DNA from: Candidatus Edwardsbacteria bacterium
GTDB lineage: Bacteria; Edwardsbacteria; AC1; EtOH8
Direction: 5' to 3'
DNA length: 58,189 bases
Assembly: GCA_025453955.1 (NCBI GenBank)
Contig: JALOPJ010000012.1
Span: forward strand, 1 to 58,189
This document shows, in pieces, positions 6,250 through 14,737 of the stretch. The notes below the pieces were generated by a model. The model saw only the letters and a program-made list of their open reading frames with translations. It had not been told where the DNA came from and made no database searches. A program made the translations under genes and the position numbers. Each line of letters opens with the position of its first letter. Position 1 is the stretch's first letter.

Positions 6250-8193
6250 TCAGGCGGCCAGGTTGTTGATGTCGAGGATCAGCATCGGCCGGCCCTCGCG
6301 GCTGATGGTGGCGCCGGAGAACAGCCTGGTCTCCCGCAGCATCCGCGCCAGGGGCTTGACCACGATCTCCTGCTGGCCCAGCATCCGGTCGATCACCAGC
6401 GCCATCTCGGCGCCCTGGTTCTCCACCACCACCGCCGGTCCGGCCAGCTGGCGCTCGCCGCCCCGGCCCAGCAGGGCCGCCAGGTGGAGCAGCGGGATGG
6501 CCCGGTCGCGGTACAGCAGCACCGGCGTGCCCTGCAGGGTCCGCACCGCCGCCGGCTGGACGTTGATCGTCTCCTTGACCTGGGACAGCGGCATGGCGTA
6601 GGTCATCCGGTCGGCCGCCACCAGCAGGGTGTGGATGATGGACAGCGACAGCGGGATGGCCAGGGTGAAGGTGCAGCCGCGGCCGGCCCGGCTGTCGACC
6701 GACAGCTGCCCGCCCAGCGCGGTGATCTTGTTCTTGACCACGTCCATCCCCACGCCCCGGCCCGAGACCTCGGTCACCCGGGCCGCGGTGGAGAACCCCG
6801 GCCGGCCGGTGAACTCGATCACCTGGGCGTCGGAGAGCGCGGCGGCGGCCTCCGCCGCCACCAGCCCCTTCTCCACGGCCTTGCGGCGGATGGCCTCGAC
6901 ATCCATGCCCCGGCCGTCGTCGCGCACCGTGATCAGCGCCTGCTCCTTGAGCTTGACCGCCGTCACCGTGATGGTGCCGGCGCGGGGCTTGCCGGCGGCC
7001 GCCCGCTCGTCGGGCGTCTCCACGCCGTGGTCCACGGCGTTGCGCAGCAGGTGGACCAGCGGCTCGGCCAGCAGCTGCAGGATCGAGCGGTCCATCTCCA
7101 GCTCGCGGCCCTGCACCTCGAAGGCGATCTCCTTGCCCAGCGCCTTGGCGGCGTCGCGCACCACCCGGGGGAAGCGGTCGAACACCTCGGCCATCGCCAC
7201 CAGCCGCGAGGCCAATACCTCGTGCTGCAGGTCGCCCACGATCCGGGCCACCTCGTCCACGCCGTCGACCAGCAGCGGCCGGCCGCTGCCCGCGGCCAGC
7301 TGGCGCAGCCGCTCCTTCCACACCACCAGCTCGCCCACCATGTTCATCAGCCGGTCCAGCCGCACCACGCTGACCTTGACGTCCTTGGGCTTCTCCTGGG
7401 CGATCTGGACGAAGGCGCCGATGGTCCGGCTCTCCAGCGACTGCTCGCGGGTCTCCTCGGCGATCTCGCGGATCTCCACGTCCTCGACCTCGGAGCAGGT
7501 CACCAGGTCGGCGATGGCCTTGCCCTCGCGCAGCCGGGTGACGAAGATCACGGTGAAGCCGCGGTCGAACCGCTCGGCCTCGATGTCGAAGCGCTCGGGC
7601 ACGGTGTAGGCGATCTTGCCGGCGCCCTCCAGCGCCCGCAGCATCAGGAAGGCCCGGGCGCTCTTCAGCGGGATGTCCTTCTCCAGCAGGATCCGGATCC
7701 GGAACACCAGCGAGTCCCGCTCCTTGAGCGGGTTGATCCGGGAGAAGTCGTACTCGGCGCCCGCCGCCGGCGCCGGTGCCGCGGCGGCGCTGGCGGCGGC
7801 CGCGGCCGTCGCCAGCCCCTCGAACCGCGCCAGCAGCCCGCGGGACACGTCGCCCAGCTCGGCCTCGGGGGACTTGTCCAGCGCCACCATCGCCACGGCG
7901 GCCTCCAGGAAGTCGACGAACTTGAACACCGCCTCCACCTGCTCGGGGCCGGCCGCGACCTGGCGCTTGCGCATCCGGTCCAGCAGGTCCTCCGCCCGGT
8001 GGCTGATCTCGGCGATCATCTCCTGGTTGATGGAGGCCGCCATCCCCTTGACCGTGTGCACCGACCGGAAGATCTCGTTGACCAGCGCCGGGTCGTTGGG
8101 CGATTTCTCCAGCGCCAGCAGCGACCGGTTGAGGTTGGTCAGGTGCTCCCGGGTCTCGGAGACGAACAGGTCCTTGTACTTCGAGGTGTCCAT
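6250..8193 (-). CDS. cheA: Chemotaxis histidine kinase CheA
   Basis: Contains an Hpt region (FRSVHTVKGMAA), a dimerisation/HATPase region (LLRNAVDHG, DDGRGMD, GRGVGMDVV) and a C-terminal CheW-like domain. Confidence 0.95.
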   Translation of the reverse strand: MDTSKYKDLFVSETREHLTNLNRSLLALEKSPNDPALVNEIFRSVHTVKGMAASINQEMIAEISHRAEDLLDRMRKRQVAAGPEQVEAVFKFVDFLEAAVAMVALDKSPEAELGDVSRGLLARFEGLATAAAAASAAAAPAPAAGAEYDFSRINPLKERDSLVFRIRILLEKDIPLKSARAFLMLRALEGAGKIAYTVPERFDIEAERFDRGFTVIFVTRLREGKAIADLVTCSEVEDVEIREIAEETREQSLESRTIGAFVQIAQEKPKDVKVSVVRLDRLMNMVGELVVWKERLRQLAAGSGRPLLVDGVDEVARIVGDLQHEVLASRLVAMAEVFDRFPRVVRDAAKALGKEIAFEVQGRELEMDRSILQLLAEPLVHLLRNAVDHGVETPDERAAAGKPRAGTITVTAVKLKEQALITVRDDGRGMDVEAIRRKAVEKGLVAAEAAAALSDAQVIEFTGRPGFSTAARVTEVSGRGVGMDVVKNKITALGGQLSVDSRAGRGCTFTLAIPLSLSIIHTLLVAADRMTYAMPLSQVKETINVQPAAVRTLQGTPVLLYRDRAIPLLHLAALLGRGGERQLAGPAVVVENQGAEMALVIDRMLGQQEIVVKPLARMLRETRLFSGATISREGRPMLILDINNLAA

Positions 8194-8262
8194 ATCTTGC
8201 CCCGGCTATGAGCTTATAGCGATAAGCTTACAGCCACAGGTAGAAATGTGCTGGTGCCCGGG

Positions 8263-8625
8263 CTACTTCAACGCTCTTTGGGCCGCCTCCAGCACGCGCG
8301 ACGGCTGGAACGGCTTGACCACGAAGTCGCGGGCCCCGGCCTGGATGGCCTCCACCACCAGGGCCTGCTGGCCCATGGCGCTGCACATCAGGATCCGGGC
8401 GTTGGGGTCCAGCTCCATGATGGCCTTGACCGCCTCGATCCCGCCCATGTCCGGCATGATGATGTCCATGATCACCAGGTCGGGCTTGAGCTTCTTGTAC
8501 TGCTCCACCGCCTCGGCGCCGGTGGCCCCCTCGCCGCACACCTCGAAGTCGCCCTTCTTGAGGATATCCGTGATCATGGTGCGCATGAAGATTGCGTCGT
8601 CGACGACCAGTACCCTGCGGCTCAT
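8263..8625 (-). CDS. cheY: Single-domain response regulator CheY
   Basis: 120-aa receiver domain (VLVVDD...DLVIMDIIMPDMGG...KPF). It overlaps the cheW stop by 4 nt. Confidence 0.95.
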   Translation of the reverse strand: MSRRVLVVDDAIFMRTMITDILKKGDFEVCGEGATGAEAVEQYKKLKPDLVIMDIIMPDMGGIEAVKAIMELDPNARILMCSAMGQQALVVEAIQAGARDFVVKPFQPSRVLEAAQRALK

Positions 8626-9068
8626 GTGCGTTCCTCCAGTGTGAGAAGGTTGTCTTTATTGATGATGGTGATCTTCTGTCCCCCGGTCTCCAGCACGGAC
8701 CGGTAGAAGCGTCCCGCCGGGCCGCCGGCCGCCTCCGCCGGCACCGGCGTGACGGCGAACGACACCTGGTCGACGCCCTCCACCCGGTCCACGATCAGCC
8801 CCACCGACTCGTCGCCGTGCTCGACGATCAGGATCACCGTGTCGCGGCCGGCCGCCGCCGCCGGCGCGCCCAGCCGCCTGCGCAGGTCCATCACCGGGAT
8901 GATGGCCCCCCGCAGGTTGATCAGCCCGGCGATGTACTCCGGGGCCCGCGGCACCGGGATGATCTCCTGCAGCTCCTCGATGCTCTTGACCTCGTCGGTG
9001 GTCAGTGCAAACTTTTCATCCCCGATGCAAAAAATGACGATGTCCCGGGACGCAACGGTCTCGGTCAT
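8622..9068 (-). CDS. cheW: Chemotaxis coupling protein CheW
   Basis: Shows the CheW-like pattern (FCIGDEKFALTTDEVKSIEE...GLINLRGAIIPVMDLRRRLG). GGAGG lies 7 nt upstream of the ATG. Confidence 0.95.
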   Translation of the reverse strand: MTETVASRDIVIFCIGDEKFALTTDEVKSIEELQEIIPVPRAPEYIAGLINLRGAIIPVMDLRRRLGAPAAAAGRDTVILIVEHGDESVGLIVDRVEGVDQVSFAVTPVPAEAAGGPAGRFYRSVLETGGQKITIINKDNLLTLEERT

Positions 9069-9116
9069 TTTGTTGCCTCCGGTAGCATAACTGTCTGGAA
9101 TATATGATCGTTAAAC

Positions 9117-9145
9117 AGTTTATCGCTTTTTCCTTGCGATGTCAA
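9117..9145 (-). promoter_or_regulatory. Sigma-70-like promoter of the che operon (TTGACA-17-TAAACT)
   Basis: On the minus strand, the -35 TTGACA is at 9145..9140, followed by a 17-nt spacer and the -10 TAAACT at 9122..9117. The leader is about 45 nt and carries GGAGG. Confidence 0.5.
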
Positions 9146-9215
9146 GAGCAAAGTAAAATTAAGTTGCTGAATTCGAATAACAAAGCCGCCGCAACGAACG
9201 GAACGGTCGAACAAT

Positions 9216-9243
9216 TAAAAATCCCGGCCAGATGGCCGGGATT
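9216..9243 (-). terminator. Rho-independent terminator of the MacAB-TolC operon
   Basis: Stem AATCCCGGCC / GGCCGGGATT (9220..9229 and 9234..9243) with a 4-nt loop. A T-run follows on the minus strand. Confidence 0.7.
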
Positions 9244-9273
9244 CGGGAGACGATACCGTATGACCTGCGGCGT

Positions 9274-10511
9274 TCACTCGTACCGCAGCGCCTCGATCGG
9301 GTCCAGCTCGGCCGCCCGCTGGGCCGGGTACCAGCCGAAGAAGATGCCCACCGCGGCCGAGAAGCCGAAGCCCAGCACCACCGACCACCAGGTGACGGTG
9401 GAGGGCAGCTTGAGTGTCAGCGAGATCACCCAGGCCATCAGGAAGCCGATCAGCATGCCGATCACGCCGCCCACCGAGGACAGGGTCACCGCCTCGATGA
9501 TGAACTGCTGCATGATGTCCTTCTTGCGGGCGCCGATGGCCTTGCGGATGCCGATCTCCTTGATCCGCTCGCTGACCGACACCAGCATGATGTTCATGAT
9601 GCCGATGCCGCCCACCAGCAGCGACAGCAGGGTGACGCCGATCATCAGGCCGAACACACCGGCGGTGATCTTCTTGAAGATTGCCATCAGCTGGTCGGCG
9701 GTGACGATGCCGAAGTCGTCGGGCTTGGCGGGCGGCACCTTGCGCCGCCGCCGCAGCAGCTCGGTGACCTCGTCCCGGGCCGACTCCACGTGGTCGGCGT
9801 CCAGCGGCTGGACCGCGATGGTCACCGAACTGCCGCGCGGGCTGCGGGCCCGCACCTGGCCGGAGAAGATCTTCTGGTAGGTGGTGATGGGGATGATCAC
9901 CATGTTGTCCTGGTCGTTGCCCAGGAACGAGCCCTTCTTGTCCAGCGTGGCGATCACCTCGAACCGATTGCCGGCGATGGTGACCTCCTTGCCCAGCGGG
10001 TCCTGGTTGCCGAACAGCTTCTCCACCAGCGTGGACCCGATCATCGCCACGTTGCGGCTGTGGCTGAGGTCCACCGACGACAGGGCCCGGCCGTCCGTGA
10101 TCTCGTAGTTGGCGATGTACTGGTAGTCGGGCGTGGTGCCGTTGATCTCGCTGCCCAGCACCTCCTCCTTGCCGAACCGGACGTTGGCCATGTTGTCCAT
10201 GATCGGCGCCACCCGCAGCACCGACGGGCAGTTCTCCCCCACCGCCTCGGCGTCCTCGATGGTCAGGTTCTTGCGGCCCCGGGTCTTCATCCAGTCGTCA
10301 TGGCTCATCACCAGGCCCTGTTTCTGGACGTAGAGCGTGGTGGTGCCCAGGCTGGACAGCTGCTTGGCGATCATCTTGTTGAACCCGTCGATCAGGGCCA
10401 GCATCCCGATCACGGTCAGCACGCCGATCATGATCCCCAGCGTGGTCAGGCCCGAGCGCAGCTTGTGGGCGCGGATGGCGTCGAAGGCCAGGCGGATCGA
10501 TTCCCAGATGT

Positions 10512-10515
<4 letters not shown>
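9274..10515 (-). CDS. MacB/FtsX-family ABC exporter permease
   Basis: Opens with [32 protein letters not shown]. Has a large periplasmic loop and a C-terminal FtsX-type 3-TM bundle. Confidence 0.9.
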
Positions 10516-11200
<685 letters not shown>

Positions 11201-11204
<4 letters not shown>

Positions 11205-12478
11205 TGGCCCGGCCTCGCGCCGCGCCCATTCTTGCCGCCGGCCGCGGCCTTCTCCACCTTGACCTTGTCGTTGTGCTTGAGGGTGCGCAGCACCCGGAAC
11301 GGCCCCTTGATCACCTGCTGGTCCTCGTTCAGGCCGGACACGACCTCGATGTTCTCCTGGTCCGAGGTTCCCGTCGTCACCGGGACGATCTGGGCCCGGC
11401 CGCCGGACATCACGTACACCGCCTCCTGGTCCTTCTCCTTGGGGCGCCGGCCGCTGCCCTGGCTGTCATCGGCCAGGGCGATGGCGCCGCCCCGCTTGCC
11501 CTTCTTCTCGCCGCTTTTCCGCTCGGCCTCGACCTTGCGCATCACCACCGACTGGATCGGGATCACCAGGATGTCCTTCTTGTTGGCGGTGGTGATCTCG
11601 ACGTTGGCCGACATCCCCGATTTCAGGTCGGCCGAGCTGTCGAGGATCCTGATCCGCACGGTGTAGTTGACCGATGCGGCCGAGCTGCTGGTGCCGGTCG
11701 AGCTGACCGCGGCGTTGCCCACCTCGGACACCTCGCCCTTGAAGACCCGGTTGGGGATGGCGTCCACCTCGACCTCGGCCGGCTGGCCCAGCTTGATGTC
11801 GCGGACGTCGCTCTCGTCCACCTGGGACTCGACCTCCATCTGGCTCATGTCGGCCACGGTCATGATCACCGACCCGGCGTTGTTCATGGTGCCGGTGACC
11901 ACCACCTCGCCCACCTCCACGTTGAGCGCCACCACCGTGCCGTTGATCGGCGACACGATGGTGGTCTTGTCGAGGTTGTCCTGGGCCTGGTCCAGCGCCG
12001 CCTCGGCCTGGGTCAGCCGGGCCCGGTTCAGCCGGTAATCGGTGCTGACCTGCTCGTAGCCCTCCTGGGACAGCAGTCCCTTGTCGAACAGTTCCTGGTT
12101 GCGCTTGTAGATCAGCTCGCTCTGCGAGATGCTGGCCTGGGCCAGGTCGAGGCTGGCGCGGGCCTGCTTGACCTGGGCGGCGTAGTTGGCCGGGTCGATC
12201 TGCACCAGCACCTGGCCCTTGCGGACCCGGTCGCCCTCCTTCACCGGCAGCCGGGTGATCTTGCCCATCACGTAGGCCGACAGCTTGACCTCGGTCTCGG
12301 CCTTGACGCTGCCCGGCGCCGACACGGTGGAGACGATCGTCCCCTTGCGGGCCTTGGTCACCTGCACGCCCAGCCGCTGCCCGCCCCGCACCAGGTTGCC
12401 CACCACCAGGACGGCGATCACGACCACCGCGGCCGCGGCGATCCACAGGCGTTTGTCGTTGAACTTGACGGGGATCAC
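11201..12478 (-). CDS. Efflux periplasmic adaptor (MacA/HlyD family)
   Basis: N-terminal TM, coiled-coil hairpin and beta-barrel motifs ([22 protein letters not shown]). GTG start at 12478 with GGAG 7 nt upstream. Confidence 0.9.
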
Positions 12479-12536
12479 GGGATGCTCCTATCTGTATCGT
12501 GGGTTGTGTCGTTGGCGGCAACGCCGGGCGGCCGCG

Positions 12537-13862
12537 TCACCACTGGCCCAGGGCCTGCCGCAGCCTGGCCTCGGCCAGGTGGTAGTCGCAGATCGCGTTG
12601 GTGGCCGTCAGCTGGGCCTGGTTGTACGTCACCTGGCTGGTCAGCAGGTCCAGTACCGAGGCCGAGCCCAGCCGGTACTTCTCGCTGGTCAGCCGGTAGT
12701 CCTCCTCGGCCTGCTGCTGCAGGGTGCCGACCAGCGCGATCTGCTCCCGGGCGGCGGTCAGCGCCTGGTGGGCCTGGTCCACCTGGCTGGCGACGTTCTG
12801 GCGCGCGGTGAACAGGTCGGCCTCGGCCGTCCGCTTGGCGGCGTAGGCCTTGCGGATGGCCGCCTCGGTGCCGAATCCGTCGAAGACGTTCCAGGTCAGC
12901 GCCAGCCCCACCGTCCAGGAATCGTGCCAGCGCCACTCGTCCCAGTCCTGGTATTGCCTCCGATTGGCGTACCCGTAGCTGTAGCTGCCGGTCAGCGCGG
13001 GCAGCTTGGCGGTCCACGAGGACCAGGCGCCGACCGCGGCCGATCGGTAGCTGTTGCGGGCCGACCGGTAGGCCGGGCTGGCCTCCAGCGCCACCGCCCG
13101 CAGCGAGTCCAGCGCGGCCGGCGCCCGGCTGGTGTCGGGCATCGCCAGCGCGGTGTCGGCCGCGACCCCGGCCTGCAGGCCGATCAGCGTCGACAGGGCC
13201 TGCTGGCCGGCGCGCAGGGCGGTGCGGGCGTTCAATAGATTCACCTTGCTCTGGGTCAGCTGCACCTCGATCTTCAGCAGGTCGGAGCGGCTGATCGACC
13301 CCAGCTGCGCCATCAGCCGGGCGCGCTTGGCCTGCTGCTCGCTCTGGTCGACCGAGGACAGCGCCACCTGCAGGGCCTTCTGCAGCTTGACCAGGCCGTA
13401 GTAGGCCTGGTGGACGTCGTAGGACAGCGTGGCCCGGGCCTGGTCGTAGGCGGCGCCGGCGGCCTTGCGGCCGTAAACCGACCGGCCGATCCCGGCCAGC
13501 ACCGGCAGGTTGATCAGGTTCTGGCTCACGGACAGCGTCGTGCCGTACTGGTCGGACACCGCTTCGTGGGTCGGCAGGCTGTCGCCGACGGGCACCAGCG
13601 GGTCGTCCGATACGGTGCCGCCGCTCTGGCTGTAACGGCTGCTGGCCGTGACGCTGGGCAGCATGTCGCCGACTGCCGCCGCCAGCGAGGCGCTGGAGAC
13701 GGCCAGCGCGCTTTGGGCCCGTGCCAGGTCGGGGCTCTGTTTGAACGCCAGGTCCAGGCATTCCTTCAGCGAATAGGTCCGCGGCGGAGCGGGCGGCGTC
13801 TGGGCGCCGGCCAGGGCCGCGACGGCCATCGCCGAGATGATGATCGAACGTATCGTGTTCAT
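12537..13862 (-). CDS. TolC-family outer membrane efflux protein
   Basis: ORF 12537..13937. I chose the ATG at 13862 because it gives a signal peptide, MNTIRSIIISAMAVAALAGAQ. An alternative start at 13937 overlaps the TetR stop. The two TolC repeats are evident. Confidence 0.85.
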   Translation of the reverse strand: MNTIRSIIISAMAVAALAGAQTPPAPPRTYSLKECLDLAFKQSPDLARAQSALAVSSASLAAAVGDMLPSVTASSRYSQSGGTVSDDPLVPVGDSLPTHEAVSDQYGTTLSVSQNLINLPVLAGIGRSVYGRKAAGAAYDQARATLSYDVHQAYYGLVKLQKALQVALSSVDQSEQQAKRARLMAQLGSISRSDLLKIEVQLTQSKVNLLNARTALRAGQQALSTLIGLQAGVAADTALAMPDTSRAPAALDSLRAVALEASPAYRSARNSYRSAAVGAWSSWTAKLPALTGSYSYGYANRRQYQDWDEWRWHDSWTVGLALTWNVFDGFGTEAAIRKAYAAKRTAEADLFTARQNVASQVDQAHQALTAAREQIALVGTLQQQAEEDYRLTSEKYRLGSASVLDLLTSQVTYNQAQLTATNAICDYHLAEARLRQALGQW

Positions 13863-13933
13863 GGTCCCTTGTCTGTTGCGGGTAGTGGTGATCAACCTGG
13901 TCATACTACGCTGCGCCGGTAGTGTTTGTTCCA

Positions 13934-14512
13934 TCATCGTTTAGCGATCCCGTGTAAAAAAACGTCCAGCACGGTGCCGACCGCCCGATTGCGGCTGGGA
14001 GGACGGGTGCCCGGCGGCCCCAATACGGTGCGGGTCAACATCGTCAGCATCCGGGCCCAGGTATGCGCATCGCCGTCCCGGAACGCGCCGGTCTTGATCC
14101 CGGCGGCGATCCCCCGCTCCATCAGCGCCACCAAGGCCTTGTTGTGTCGGTGGATCACATCGGTCCGTTTGCGCACCCGGTCATGCTCGATCTCCGGCAG
14201 CAGCCGGATCAGCGGCCGGTTGCGCAGCATGAAATCGACCAGCGTGTGCACCATCGCCCGCAGCGACCGCTCGGGCGGCTGTTTGATGCCGGCGGCCGCC
14301 TGCAGTTGCGCCAGCAGGTCGTCCATCCCGGCATCCAGGATCGAGAAGAACAGCTCCTCCTTGTCGCTGAAATAGCGGTAGATGGTCCCCTTGCCGATGC
14401 CGGCCCGGGCCGCCACATCGTCCATCAGGGCCTGGTGGAACCCCTTGGCGGCGAACACCGTCGCCGCCGCGTCCAGGATCTGGCGTCGTTTATTCTCCTG
14501 CAGTGTCCTCAT
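13934..14512 (-). CDS. TetR/AcrR-family transcriptional repressor
   Basis: Trimmed to the ATG at 14512. HTH signature: ILDAAATVFAAKGFHQALMDDVAARAGIGKGTIYRYFSDKEELF. Confidence 0.9.
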   Translation of the reverse strand: MRTLQENKRRQILDAAATVFAAKGFHQALMDDVAARAGIGKGTIYRYFSDKEELFFSILDAGMDDLLAQLQAAAGIKQPPERSLRAMVHTLVDFMLRNRPLIRLLPEIEHDRVRKRTDVIHRHNKALVALMERGIAAGIKTGAFRDGDAHTWARMLTMLTRTVLGPPGTRPPSRNRAVGTVLDVFLHGIAKR

Positions 14513-14537
14513 GCATCGGTCCCTTTGGGTTATCAAT

Positions 14538-14583
14538 ACTGACTGGTCAGTTCCATTATACCAACGACCGGGGCGTTTGTCAA
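14538..14583 (-). promoter_or_regulatory. Consensus sigma-70-like promoter (TTGACA-17-TATAAT) plus palindromic operator ACTGAC-TG-GTCAGT
   Basis: The -35 is at 14583..14578 and the -10 at 14560..14555. The 14-bp palindrome at 14538..14551 sits at the expected transcription start, upstream of tetR. Confidence 0.55.
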
Positions 14584-14646
14584 GGGCCGGTCCGCCAGCA
14601 ATTGATAATTAGACCGGCCGGTTCCGGAATAGGTTTAACCGCCGGC

Positions 14647-14680
14647 AAAAAAAAAAAACGGCGCCCCACACGGGGCGCTG
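14647..14680 (-). terminator. Rho-independent terminator after the UbiA/TPR gene
   Basis: Stem GCGCCCC / GGGGCGC (14661..14667 and 14672..14678). On the minus strand it is followed by a run of 12 T (plus-strand A-run 14647..14658). Confidence 0.8.
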
Positions 14681-14737
14681 CCGGCGGCCGGAACCCGAGA
14701 TCAATGCGCCATCACTGGCCGCCGCGCGGCCATCGCC

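Noticed and set aside
9069-9273. tRNA, rRNA or other structured RNA genes in the larger AT-rich gaps (9069..9273, 2352..2740, 29714..29939, 56102..56291).
   Set aside because: I could find no cloverleaf-compatible segments or conserved RNA motifs by eye. The gaps are accounted for by promoters, terminators and repeat elements. A covariance-model scan (tRNAscan-SE, Infernal/Rfam) would be needed to exclude small RNAs.
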